Below are positions 48,255 to 62,286 of a stretch of DNA of 64,000 bases, one piece after another. The notes beneath the pieces were generated by a model. It worked only from the letters and a program-made list of their open reading frames with translations. It was not told the origin of the DNA and did no database searches. The translations under genes and the position numbers were made by a program. Position 1 is the stretch's first letter; each line of letters opens with the position of its first letter. Where the stretch lies: positions 13,392,001 through 13,456,000 of the forward strand of contig OU015568.1 in NCBI GenBank assembly GCA_907165135.1, written 5' to 3'. Origin of the DNA: Oikopleura dioica (taxonomy: Eukaryota > Animalia > Chordata).

Positions 48255-49207
48255 TTATGAATCGTTTTTGATGCTCCACATCGAGAAAACTCTCTCAAAC
48301 GCTTCTTCTTTCCGAATATTGATGAAAGTGTTGCTTTCAAGGCATTCACGCGCCGCTTTGATGAATCCTTTATTGTGTTCTGATACAGAGTTTCCGCTCA
48401 AAGCATCTTCAATATTTATCCACTAGTAAAGATATGTTACGTTTCAAATTTTTATGAAATTTTTACTTGAGCGCATTGGATTTCATTTGCCTGAATTTTG
48501 ATTGTTTGAGTTTCGTCTTCGGGCTCAAGGAGAATGATAAAGTAGATGTCTGAGCAGAAATGGCCTTCTATTGGCATGTCGTGGAAATGGCGGAACTGCA
48601 CGATGCCCTGAGAAATTTCTAGAGACGATGGAATGAATGAAAAACTCACTTTGAATTTGGCATCTATTCCAGTCTCTTCCTTGACTTCCCGTATTGCGGC
48701 AATGTGTAAATCTTCGCCTTTGTCGACGTGACCTCCCGGAAGTTTGAAGTACTCAGAGAACGCGTACTTCTCTTTCACCATAAGAACTTGATTGTTTGAG
48801 TTGATGACGAGGCCCCCGACTCCAATTCCTGTGTACGGATAAGCCGGAACGTTGTTGGTGTCGTCCGTGGGCAGCCATCCGAGAAGGACGACTTTCCCCT
48901 TTTTAGCATGGTGGTACTCTGGGTTATATAGAACTGATTGAACTTGCGGATAAATATTTACCGAATCCGTTTTGTAGCAAATGAGCAACGGCCTTGTTCG
49001 CTCTGTTAGGCAGGTGAAACCAGACGCCGCGCTTTCCAGCTGCTTTCCACTCTGCCAAGTTCTAATAAAGTACTTTGTTCCAAATATTCCCAAAACAACT
49101 AAACAAGACAATCACCTTTTGAGCTCTTCTTCGAATGATTTCTCGTTTATTTCTTCGTCCGGGAGTTCGATGATTACGCCTTTGAATCGATCCTCTGTGA
49201 TTTTCAT
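48255..49207 (-). CDS. NUDT6: Nudix hydrolase, NUDT6-like
   Basis: Nudix box KLPGGHVDKGEDLHIAAIREVKEETGI, preceded by PAYPYTGIGVGGLVIN; N-terminal DRFKGV. Several small introns. Confidence 0.85.
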
Positions 49208-52200
49208 TCTGGAAATTGAATTATCGAGGATTTTGATGTTTGGTTTTATACGATGGTAAGTCAGACACTACCCGAGGCAGGGAAATATCAATTGGCTCTC
49301 GAAATGACGTAACTAAAAGTATAGACATTATGTAAGCTTCTTGAAGGAAACAAAGTGGCACATTATTGAAAACTTTATGTAAAAGATCTCAGAAAAATTG
49401 CTGTTGCTTGAAAATTATGTTTTAGTTGCTCAAATAGCATTTCTACGATTGTAGAAATCATTTTATAAACACAAGGATGTTTTTGTAACTACCTAAAGGG
49501 GAAACATGACAGATAGACAGACAGAATGGATCGAATTGTCTGCCGTTTTTCTTCAGAATAGGATATTTATGATGGCATTTTTGGTAATGGAATATTTTTA
49601 TGGAAAACTCGCAAGAATGATTACTGTAAAGGTTCGAATGAAAAGTGCCTCCTGAAACTGAAGCCAATCCTTTGGTTAAGACATACCACGCGCGTCGGGC
49701 TTCAAAAAGCATCAAAGGCCAGCCGTTGCGAATTTTGGCCGGCACCAGACACCTGGGTAGTTTTCAATCGGTCTTATTATATTTAAAATTTAACTCTAAA
49801 TGTCATCGACCGTGTGAGGCGAACCTGGAAAGTTATTGAATTACGAAATGTCAAAAAAGAGACAAGTCATTATCGCAGTTTGGCTGGGAATAATTTATTG
49901 TCAGAAGGGATTTACGGGTGAAATGGGCCTGGGAGGGTATAGCCATGACAGGATGTTAATTCAAGTTCTCTTCTCCAGGCTTTCGGTTCGAAATTATCAA
50001 CTTATAGCGATAATCTACCACGCAAAGTCAAAGATAAGCTTCCTGTTCAACAGCCGCTAGCGGCTTGGGTTTCGCCATAGATTACGGAAGACCAAATCTA
50101 ATTTATTCTAGAGAGAATTTGACAGCCAAGGAACTTGAAAACCTTTTTCTAGGTTGGAAATCTGACAAGACCACTGAAGACTTCATCCCCTAATTGTCGG
50201 TAAAATCTTTCGTTGAAAAAAAAGAACTGAGTTTTTTTAATTAGAATAAATCGATCACACTTCCGAGGTTCAAAGAAGTGTCTGTGAGATCCTGTCTGAC
50301 AGGGCGCGGATCACTGGAACATTCACTCATGCGCGAAAATTTTTAATTTGCCCTGAAATTTTATTTTCCAAAAATAGCGGCGCCCATCCCAAAATAAAAC
50401 TAGCGCCGATTTTTAAGTGCTAATAACCAGTTATACCAGGCGTTAAGCCGCTTGCGTCTAGCTTCCCATCGGTTGCCTCGGTGGTGGTGCCACCACGATG
50501 GTAAATATTGAAGAGCTTAGCCAGCTTAGCGAGGTCGCGCGCTTCTCATCGACCTCGGCGACACGCAAGAATGGGCAACCAAGTGACCCGGACATCCGGG
50601 CATCAAAAACTTATTTATGTTCGTTTCCTTCTCGCACTAAATATAGACCTTCTAGGTTTATGGACTGAAATTTACACTGGTTATCATCAAACGATTTTAA
50701 TAAAATCGTAAAAAAGGAATATGTAGAAGAAATTTACTTACATTTTGTACTTAGATTTTCAGTAGGAGATTTTCCAAGTTTATGAATATGGCGACTTTCC
50801 AACTTGGAGAATAACTATGCGTGCGAAAATCGCCTGTTCCGGGAGGGTGCACCGCCTGACAATAGCGCTTGGCGCAGTACAATTTCCATTGTCATCTCTT
50901 TCTGGGGAGGTCACGGCCGTGTGCCCAAATAAGGGCACACAATAGACGCTCACTACACTTATTTTTTCTCCCTTGACTACTCAACGCTCAAGCACGTCCA
51001 AGTACTTGCCAAGGCGCACTTTCGGACGTGAGACCGAAACGCTACCGTTCTATCCATTCTTTCTTCCAGTAAATAATTCAAGAGCTCGGGTTTACTCAAG
51101 AATTACATCATTCATCCCTAAAGATCACTCTTACTCATTCCAGACTTCAATAATTAAAGTTTGGAAGGAGTGTCTCCAAAGAGAAGTTATTTCCCGTTTT
51201 GAATTTGGTTAGTTACAAATCATCGGTAATTTCCCGCCCATTACCCTCAACCTTCCGCCGGAATCAGGGCTTACGCCACAAAACAAAGAATGCCCCTCGC
51301 CAAGCACCAAAACCGACCGGGGCAAGATGCATATTTTCGAAAGATGCATCTTCTTTCATTTCAAAATTCAAAGCGCTTTTGAAACTTGTTACGGCTGACT
51401 GGCGCTTGCAGCCTTGGGGCGGATGGGAGAGTGATTCCTTGCTGATTCTTGGCGGAGGTGGTGCATCACGCTGCTCGCACCTTCACACGTACCGTTATGA
51501 CTAGCCATTATGTGTAGTCATAATAATCATCCCTTTTCTTTCCATATGAATGTGTGTCCCACAGAGGCCTGCGGGCACCTGCTGAGAGAGAATCAGAGAT
51601 ATTCATCCCCTTTTATCCGGGCGTCTCCACCGACGAAACGCGTCAGCAGGCCCAGAACAGCAGACCCCTTTATAAAATTCATCGGTCAAAAAATGACCAG
51701 CGCTTCACACCAGAAAGACTAAAAAAGAGACGGTCCAGAATCACACGCTTCGTAAAACACCTAAAAATATAGAGATGATCGTATACCATGGGAACTGAGT
51801 ATGACAGGAATTATGACGTATAAATGCGACCAGGAAGAGAATTTTTATAATTGATTATGGTCGGACAATGGACAATCACTAAATTCTGAGTGTGTTCAAT
51901 AATAATCAGTAGTAAAAACTCCCGAGTCTTTTCGAGGATAATCCGTATTTGAAGGATAGAAAATCATGTAAACTGTCATGAAAAACATTATTAGTTTAGA
52001 ACGGTGCAATTCCTACAAGCATGGCGGGACACAACGGTTTCAAAAATTTCAACCGGTTTTCGCGCGTTTTATTTGTGATATTGCCCGTAGCTAGGTGGAG
52101 TCTAAGTGGTGTTGATGATTCTCCTCGCTTACTCCACCGCTACAGCACCGCGAATTCTGGCTTGGAGGCGAGCGGCGGTCGCCACCACAGCGCCGCCAAG

Positions 52201-54465
52201 TGTCTGCGATTCACGAAAATTCCGCCGCCCGTCCTGTGCGCGTCCGATTTATCGTTGACTCCACGCGCTGCGCTAGAAACTTACAAAAAAACTTTGTTTG
52301 CCATTTTGAAACGTTAAATAGTCAGAGATGATCCCATAGAGAGCCTGCAGCGAATCCTTACTTGCCATTTCGACCACCTCAGGCGTGATTACACTAAGAT
52401 TGCGGTTCGCACGATTTCATGTGTCCATAGTCCGAGCTTAGCAGGGTTACCTCAGTGCTAAAATTGACCATAATCAGCATTTTTAACTCATAGATCTATG
52501 TCTTTTATGGATGATTTATCCCCAACACAGGTTTTTTGCGCCTCTTCAGATATCAGTGAAAACATTGGGTGTCTTTTAGTTTTTCATGACCCATGAACAG
52601 GTGGGGAATAGAACTCCAGGGGTCTAGAGTAGGTTTAGCACCTAGAGAGATACGATTTTGAATAGATAATACCAAGGCCGTTGCGGCGAGGTTATTGAGG
52701 CATTGTCCCTAAGTCCACTTGAATTTGGGCCTCAAGCGCGTTATGCTCGAATGTTTTGGCCGCTCGGTTCTGGCCCTTTACTTTTATTATAAAAACAGAA
52801 ATAGCAGTGAGAGACCAGAGGCGGGAAAGGAGAGAGAAACTCGTACGCTTTATTCAAACCGACACAAAGAGGCAAGAGAGACTGCTCAAAAGAAAGCCCT
52901 TCCATTCACCACCTCAGCGGCCAAAGTCGGTTAGCATAAGGAGCGGGGTCCACAACATAACAAGAGAATTTGAATTTGGCGAGGACTACAAAGCCGCTCT
53001 AAACGCTATTCAATGGCAAAGAGCGCTTATATAAATAGTTTGATAAACGGGACGCTTTTGGGGAGTTTATGATTTCACCTGTTTCAGAGCGCAGAATTAA
53101 TGATATTATAGAGATCAGAGTAGATTTCCGCCTGTCATAAACGCAGTCGACGGCGGTGGTGTGTACTCGACTGTGACGGGCGACGAAAGGATCCAATCTG
53201 AAACGACACTATTCATACTGCTGATATCGGCAGTCTTTTTCTCTCCTAACTTTTGTCAATTGATCCGCTCTTATTCAGACTACACGCCATCGCGTACTCT
53301 TCCATGTCTCCAATCCGTTTTTGCGATAATAGTGTGGATTAGAGATAAACGAATGCGGTTTGAATGAATTCAATGACGAATTGGGATTATGCAATAGGCG
53401 TAGTAGGAGCACCCGGTGGTGGTGCCGCCCTCAGGGTAGATTATCAGGGCTTGGCGTCGCGTTTCAGCCCTGGCCTCATCACCAAGCCGCCAAAAATTTG
53501 CCTTTTTCTAGCGCTGATTTGAGTAAGAGATTTTCGTTGCAGTAGAAGACTAAGAACGTGACCGGGTGGTATCGATTTTGATCGTGTCAGGCGAATCTGT
53601 TGAGAGGGCCCGCTCTTGGAGCATTGACTCCGTCGATCAAATATTCAAAAACCCTAGGCCCGATATCGATTCTAAACCTATCCACACTTCTTGCTTTGCT
53701 AGAAATAACACTGACCGGTTCCACCACACTTCATCTTCTCGCGATAATTGACAGAATCACACGCACTATGAACCCTATTTCCAAGTCCCTCAGGGATAAA
53801 GGAAGGCTTCACAGTTAAACTGCCATGCAATTCTTTTACTGAGGAGCTAAAAGTGTCAAAAGGACCTTGAACTTCAGTGTTTACTTGAAATTGATAGAGA
53901 TTTTGTCCCTTTCTTTCCTTTTTTGGCACGGACTAGAAATGGCGCGGAGTGATTGCGCCCTTCCCACAAAGGCGATATTCAATATGAAAAATAGCTCAAA
54001 GTCGTAGCGCTTGAATGAGCATAGTGAAGAGAAAATAGTTTTGAAAAGAACTTTTGGATATCTAGAGCTGATTATGGTTAATTTTTGTACCGAAATGTCA
54101 GCCGTACATTAATCGTTTTACAAGACCCTAATCCATAAAATCGAACTCAAATCAAAATTGTTTGAAAGGCCGTTTGACCTGTCGCTAGCGACCCGGTGAT
54201 CACCGGCGGTGGCGACCGGTCATGCGGAACCCGACTAAATCATCCGTAGAGAAAACCTCCGTTCCCCGATTCCGATTAGCGAGAATTCCACCGCGTATTT
54301 CAAAAATAACTATTCTGCGACAGAGGGATTATTCATCGCACCGAGAGATTTTTCTAACGAAGAACTTGTTTTCAGATTGGATTGAGTAAAAGGTTTGCAC
54401 TAGACCTCGACGACGTTCGGCTGCAAACTTAGTATTCAAATAAGAATAGTGCAATAACTCACACA

Positions 54466-57400
54466 ATGAAGCTTCTTATGGCACAAGCGGCGGCAGGTAA
54501 TATTTCTTCGTATTCGAACGCCTTTCTAAAGAAATTCTAGCGCTCGCACAGATTGACTCGTCAAGTGCCAACACAATGGTCACCGTCGACGTTATCGGCA
54601 GCGAAGACTACATTGAGGCCGGCGGCAACACCACCCTCACTTGCTCATGGAATCTCCCAGTCGACTCCGAAGGTAAAATAGACTAACAATAATATGCTCG
54701 CACTTTTGACAAATGGTGACCTCGAAATAAATCAACTGGCGGGTGGCGACATCATAAGTTTATAAATACTGATCCACTAATAACCTAACCCAAATTTGAA
54801 AACAGCATGAATAACCATTAATTCTTTTGTGTTTCGTTGTTCTGTTAATATTTTCGCGTTTATTCAAAGCTGTAAAATTAGTATTCTGCGACTACGAAGG
54901 AGTTGAAGATGATTATGATAGCGTTGAACAGTGCAGACAGGCCTGGGAGGCATCGGAGGAATTGGGACATCGTAAGGAGCACTTTTTTGTGTCGCCTTGG
55001 GTTATGATTATTTTACTAAGCCGCCTGAAAAAACAAGTGATGTTTTTGTTCAATGATTTGTTGCCTCTAATGAAATAGCTCTTGCTTTGTCGTGTGACAA
55101 TATACTGAACATTGATAACATTTTATTTTAGCTGAGTTCAACCCTGACAACTTCCAGCTCTTCTGGAAACTCGATATCAACGACAACAACCACAAGTCGC
55201 TCCTCTCGTGGCGAGTCGGCCAGGAACCCCAGATGTACAAGACCCGATATGCTGAGGGCCTCATCTTCAATGGCGACTTCGATGGTAAGTTCCAAATTTG
55301 CTATTAGTCGAAGGAATAGCCTCCTGAATCTAATAATTATCCTTGACTAACCACTCCTATTTAGCCTCTGATTTTGACCCTACACGAAGTACGTCTTATA
55401 GTATAATCATTAGGCTTTAGCAATTCCACGCATGTTTCGTAAAAATTCATCATTATTATCCGTCGAGTTATTCAAAAATTCACTGAAAAGAAAAAATTTT
55501 TGGCTTCACGCCACCCTTTTTGTCCCACTTTGTTGTGGTAACAAGCAATTCAAGTCAGCTCTCAATGGATCATCAAGTCCACAAATTTCCATTTCATAAT
55601 TTTAAATCACCAAAATCGCACTCCGTCACAATTAAAGAGTTATCTTTGTCCACACAAAATCATCAATTACAAGTCATTGTAAAACCACACAACCATAAAT
55701 CCAATCTCTCTCTTTACATTCATATTTAGCTCAATCCGCTTCTCTTGTCATTCCCGAAGTCACCATTGGCCACGATGGTCTCGAATACTCCTGCGAAGTC
55801 CACTGGGGAGGAACCTACGGTGAACAGAACGTCGAGCTCACTGTCTACCGTAAGAAACACTTTTTTAATAACAGTACATTACTCAATCTCTAGAAAACGC
55901 CCAAGCCGTCGAACTCGCTACCATTGAGGACGTCCTTGAAGGCCGAGACCAACGAATTGGAAATGAAACTATCCCTGCTCAGGAGAGCTACGATGTCGCC
56001 GAGTGCGTTGTCCGATCCGTCTACCCAGAGCCCGCCACCGTCACCTTCCTCTTGAACGGCGTTGAGCACGCTGTTGATGCCGCCGATGTCACCCCTAACG
56101 GTGATGGAACCTTTGATGCCTCCGCCACTCTTACTCTTGCCCCTGAGGGCCAGTTCGATGGTGCTGAAGTTTCTTGCATCTCTGTCGCTGCCCCCACTGC
56201 CGTCACTGTTGAAAACGATGAAGAGTCTACTTTCGCTGTCGAAGTCTTCTGTAAGTCAGCCAAACCCACAGCGTATTTTGATTCTCATTTTAGACTACAC
56301 CAATGAGGCTAGCATTGAAGTCACCGGTGGCGCTACTGCTATCTCCGATGAAGACTACTACGTTATCGAGGGCAACAGCTACCAGGTGTCCTGCCAGGCT
56401 AACGGAAACCCCGCTCCACTTGTTCAAATCCGAAGTCTTGATGGAACCGTCATCTCCGTAAGATCGAACTTTTAGTAGCTCATTTAAAATGTAAATTTAA
56501 GGAGGAAGACGCCATTGTCGCTGCCCGAAATGAGAAGGTCCAGCTTACTTGTGAAGCTTCCAATAACAGCCCCGCTAACGAAACTTTCACTGCTGGTCTG
56601 GCTATCTCCGATGTTGCCTCCGTCGATGTTTACTGTGAGTTGAATTCTTATTTTTAAATGAATCTAACGCATCCATAGACATTGATGCCCCCGCCGCCGG
56701 TACCGATGATGAAGCTGAATACGACAAGGAATACCGAAAGTCCTGTTCTGCCAGTGGAAACCCAGCTCCAAAGATTCAGTGGACTCGAGCTGGCTCTAGC
56801 ACTGTTATCTCCGAGAAAGACCTCGTCCTTGGCAAGGTTACCTATAACGATGAAGCTGAATACACCTGCACTGCTACCAACACTGCCGGTTCCCAGTCTG
56901 ACTCCTTCGAACTCAGCGTTGATGGCCCATGCGTTGTCCGAACTGAAGAGCCTGTTGCCGGCACCTCTGGCGAAGGCGAGCACGCCAGTTTGAGCATCAT
57001 GTGCGTTGTTGCTGGCCCACGTGAGAATGCCTGCAAAAGTAAGACAAGCATTGAAGTGATTGATCACTTACAACCTAATTTTAGTCAGCTGGCAAGGACC
57101 AGTCGGTCTTGAGGAAACTTTCGCTCAGAGCGAGCAGCTTCCTAAGGAAAATGGATCTCTTCTCCTCTTCAGCAACCTCGTCAAGCTCAGCGAACCAACT
57201 GAGGTAAAATTGATCAATTTAAGCGAATATCTTATGATTAACTTAGTTCACTTGCTCCGCCAGCAACTCTTACGGAGTTCGAACTGCAGTCGCTCAAGTC
57301 AACGCTGATCACGAACCAGCCTGCTGCCAACCATCCCGAAACGCATCCCTCGGAACTGGTAAGTTATTAAAATCGGATTTCTAGTAAATTTAAAAATATC

Positions 57401-58544
57401 GCCTCGGGACTTGGTCTGGCGCTGTTCCAATATTCTAACCACAAAATTTCTTTCAGGTGCCATCGTTGGTATCGTTATTGCTATTCCCGCCATTCTCATC
57501 ATCGTCGGCGCCGCTGTGTTCTTCTGCCGCAAGCAGCAACAGGATAAGGAGTAAGTATAAACAGAAGACGTGCTAGCGCGGTTTTACGCCAAGCTGTCCG
57601 CATGAGATTTTCGTGTGTCGTTTTGTGTGTGATCTAACAACTGTTTGTAGTGATACTTGCGTTGAAGAGGGTGATGATGCGGCTGATGCCGAGAAACAGC
57701 CGCTTCAAGCTTCTGAAGTAAGTAAAGAGTCAAGTCCGAAAGTAGACTCTGGTGCTATCTTGTAAATTCTGGTGATAAAGGGACATTTATGGCTAGCTGT
57801 CGCGATAAAAGAGAACTAAATTGTGTATAGTTTGATCAGCTAACTCTTCTGCGGGAGCATTAAAGTAAGATTTGAAAATCATCAACAAATCGCATGAGTT
57901 TCATTCTTTTTCTTCACTAGTATGGAATTCAATACCCTCAATTTTGCTAATTATGTTTTTCTTTGAAGATCGCCTGTGGTTAATTACACAGTATTCGAAC
58001 CACATCCATCTTGTGAATCACTGTGGCCGACCGACAGGCCTTCCCATGGGAGCGCCTTTCAGCGTCACCAGGCCTGGGGTCCACATTCGCGATTGCCCTA
58101 GAATCAGACTCTTGAAACTTTTGAACCCTAGACAAAGTCCTTGTCGAGCCTGTGGCCATCATCGACAGACTCGTCCCGCAGACTTTTGCTAAACTAACTT
58201 TATAGAGCTCATATGGCCGAATTAGACACCACTAAATTTCACAGCAAACTTCTCCCGTGGTAATTGTCAAATTCCTACTACTCGTAGACAATCTGTAGTC
58301 CAGTTATAGTCCAGTATTGTCGTAGCCCTTTCAACCCCTAAATTGCTTCAACATGCTTCGCCATGTTAGCACTAGAAGGGCAGTTTAAAATCAAGCATGT
58401 TTGTTTTACTACTTTTTAATACAATCAACCAAGACATTTGAGTTCAGGCTCATCTGATCTTTCTATCCGTTCAATGATCAAAAAATAACATTATCTTTTT
58501 AGCCAGATGGAGAGGGAGGGGATGCTGGAGACGACGCAGTCTAA
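54466..58544 (+). CDS. Type I membrane Ig-superfamily adhesion molecule with ~5 Ig domains (ALCAM/MCAM/BCAM-like architecture)
   Basis: Signal-peptide exon at 54466. Ig motifs TLTCSW..LFWK..ASLVIPEVT..YSCEV, VAECV..VYPEPATVTF, VSCQANGNPAP, VSCQWKP..YTCTATN and FTCSANN. TM segment GAIVGIVIAIPAILIIVGAAVFFC followed by RK (~57460-57535). Short acidic tail exons. Confidence 0.85.
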
Positions 58545-61257
58545 TGCCTAAACTCTGTGCCCTGTCGCCACCTGCTGTTGCAAAACAAAACATGGACAAT
58601 CAACACCTATATTTCCCCATACCCTCCTGATATCCAGTAATATCCTCATCCACACACCCAATACGGACAATCTTTAATCCATTTATCTCCTCACCCCTCT
58701 GTTGTGTCAAACAGCCGGTTAAAAAACTCGCCTATTTAAGTATAAAGCGTTTACAAAAGTTCTTCTAATTGAAAAATTACCAAACCGGAAATCGTTCAAT
58801 CCGGTTTACCCCTCCTGCTTAGATAAACTATTTTCCCCGTACTATGTATAAAAACCTTCCTCCTCTCTTCTCCTAATTCTCGACCATTTTTGTATAAATG
58901 TGAGCCCCTGCTTTTCCTACCATTTCGTTTTGAAGGATTTCATTCCTAGACAATGTCTAGCAGACACGATTTGCTGCGGTAGTAGCTCATTGTGCCAAGC
59001 AATTTTAAATAAAAAGATTAATAACATTATTATTGGCCAGTTTACCTAGTGGATCATTCTGTTCTACTTCAACACAACAAAATACTGTACTGCTACCAGT
59101 AAGCTAGCGATGGCTAAACGTAGCGCGCCCTTTCTAAGGGCCTTAGCCTTTTATTGTTACCTCGAAAAATTTTGCCCACCGTTTAGCCAAAATCTTAGAA
59201 AAACGAAATTTAGGCACACTCATAGTCTTCACCTATAGCACGGCCAACATTCCACTATGATAATATGTATTATTATACAGAGGCCAATTTTCAAACAAAC
59301 TACAACAACAAACGAGACTACCAAATTGTTGCTTGAACGAAACAATAAACATTGAAAATGTTAATAAAAACGACTTGTCTTTTCCTTTCATTCAGCAGGG
59401 TAAAGGCACGCATCAAATATTTTGACTCCCTTGTTTCATAAATCGGATCAATTAAAGTTTCATGTCCGAGACTCCCCCTAAACGGGTTAGTGTCAAGAAT
59501 TGCAAAACAGAATTTTCCGCTTTAGTTTGGCGCCTTGGCATCACGCCAAATGCCCTTTTGAGCTACGAGGTGCTGCTTTTACGCCACTTGGCGAAATTAC
59601 TTAGCCAACTAGAACAGACCCTTTTGGTGAATGAGTGGCTTTCATGCAGCTGCTTTCAAGAGCCCCAAAATGGTTATTGTCACTTGCATAAAGATACACA
59701 AATTCCAGAAATAATAATATTGACAGCCCGAAAGCCGGGCAAAAGAAGAGCATCGAATGTCAAAAAGTGACATCTCAAGCATTTCAAAGCATAATCTCGA
59801 CGTTTTTCGATGTCTGAGCTTCTTCTAGTCCAAAGATTATAAATTTAACTCGGCATTCTTATTTTGTTCACAATGAAATTCCATAAGCTTGAGTCAAGTA
59901 AAACCAAGCAGCTCCAAAAAAGGCCTTTTGTGGTGACATTATCACCGTGCAAATCGACCGCCGAAGCACTCAAGCTCTAAGTGTGAGCAGTTTATGCACG
60001 CAGGTATTGTTATCGTTACTAAGTGACCACTAGTTATTTTTTGTTACATATACACCTGCATCAAAAATGCAGCCTCAAGTAGCAAAACAAAATTAAAGCT
60101 CACTTCGTTGAATAATAGATTCAGGACAAACAAAGTCGAGCTGTTCTCGTGGAAAAATCCGATCACGAATGAAAATGCTCCTCTCTATCTCAATTAAGTC
60201 TTATCACAGCTTATTTAGTAAACAACGCAAAACTGCTCCCTTTTTGTAGATAAGAATAAGCTTTTGTCACCAAGCTCACGATAATATGCGCGGCTAAAAC
60301 CCCCTCCTTCCGCCACATGTGAATTCATATCCGATCCACGCGCCGTCAATTCAATTCACTTTGTTTTATTTTGGGTAGAATTATGCCCCGTTCCGTGAAA
60401 TTTTTGGCACATGGTCAACCCTTTTTCGCACCGCGGCATAGAGCCTTCCTGTCTGGGAGATTTTACGAATATAAGAAGGGATATTTAATTAGCATAGAAA
60501 TCGCTCTAATTAAACTTCAAGCAATCTTTTTGCAAAGGAAAGATGAGCCGAGTCCATGGGCGCAGGGTGTATCGGATAGCGTGGGAAAATGCGCTAGAAT
60601 TGGAGGCAAGCCAGCAAGCTACTATTTCGAATCAGCATATTTAGTAAACTAAAGCTTATTGATCCCCGGAAAGAAAATTGCTCGTCAAATGTTCTTCCCA
60701 GCTTTATCAGATGCAAAGAAGGCGTTCAATTTCATGTAAATATATTTATAAAAGGTAAACGTTCATGTGTTTTTCAGTGAAAGGCAGTCTAGTCAGATAA
60801 ATCCTTCTGATCAAAGAAGTTAGAAATTAGTAAAATGATGAAGTTGAGGCCTGTGATTTCTTCTTTTCGGGCGTCGGCTTCACCATTTTGAATCTAAAAT
60901 GGAAACATTACCATAAATACAAAAACTTGTGATAAAATGCGGTTGACACCCAGTCTACATTTTAGCAATTTAGACAAGTCTTATTTTTTATTAGAAGCTA
61001 CTTTTTTGATTGCAAAAAGGGAAATTTCCTAGTCCATCGAACCATAATAAATGCACGCGTGAGACTTAGCTAAGACTAGTGATAAACTCTACCAATTACG
61101 TAAAAAGACCGCTGTGTACTCTTGAACACCGTCGACGTCTTTTGCAGAGCAAGTCTCAAGTCTAAGGGCCTAAAGCTCATTCGGATTTTTGACCAAATCG
61201 TGATCGTACCCTCCGCCAAAATTTCGCAAAAAACGACCTTTAACTTTTTTAAACAAA

Positions 61258-62286
61258 ATGAGAGCTTTCAAGTGGGGAGTCCTTGGAGGCGGACAAATGG
61301 GATACGCTATCAAGAGTGGAGCTGTGAAAGGTACATTTGATTAATAATTACCAGAATTTGATAACAAAAATTAAGCTGGGGTGATTAGAGGATCAGATGT
61401 AATTGTAAGCGATCCTGTCTTCGAAAAAGAAAGCTACGAGGCTAAATGGAAGAGCTTCGGAGCCAAATGTAAAGAAGATAATAAAGAAGTAATTGAAAAT
61501 GCAAAATTCATCCTTTTATCTGTCAAGGTATATTTCAAATCTGAACTTTCAAAAATAATATTTCAGCCGCAAATTCTTCCCGAAATTGCAAACGAGCTCT
61601 CCAAACTTCAAGAGGATCAAACAGTCATTTCTGTTATTGCTGGGCAGAAACTTGACAAACTTGAAAGTTTATGTGGAAAAGCAAAAGTTGTCCGTGTTAT
61701 GGTCAACACGGCATGTTCAATCGGACATGGAGCCGCCGCTCTTTGCGCAAACGAAGCTGTCACGAAAGAAGACTTTCAAGAAATTCAAGAGTTGTTCAAT
61801 GCTACAAATGGAGCAGTAGATATCCTGCCAGAAAAAGGATTTGATGCATTCACGTAAATATCAAAATTGAAAAACGACATAAAATCGTTCTTTAGAGCTC
61901 TTTCTGGTTCAGGAATTGCCTACGTTTACATGATGGCGGAAGCAATGGCTGACGCAGGAGTTCACGGAGGTTTATCGCGAGACTACGCTACAAAAGTCGC
62001 AGTTCAAACCATCCTTGGCGCGGCTCAGATGGCCGCTCAGACAGAAAAACATCCAGCCGTTTTAAAAGGTACTAAAATGTCTCAAAATTCAAGAAAATAT
62101 GGGTGCGATAAAAACTTTCAATTGGCTCTTATCTACGAGACCCGCGGAAATCACAATCTTTCAGATGCGGTAACATCTCCAGGTGGCTGCACAATGGCCG
62201 GCGTGCGGACACTCGAAAAACTTGGCTACCGAAGTTCCATAATTGAGGCCATTATCGCCACTCAAGAAAGATGTCAAAACTTTTAA
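61258..62286 (+). CDS. PYCR: Pyrroline-5-carboxylate reductase
   Basis: Rossmann motif GVLGGGQMG, LLSVKPQ, VISVIAG, VVRVMVNT, ALSGSGIAYVYM and AVTSPGGCT. Confidence 0.95.

Noticed and set aside
56654-57067. Minus-strand ORFs and alternate frames over the Ig gene
   Set aside because: Shadows of plus-strand Ig-domain exons.
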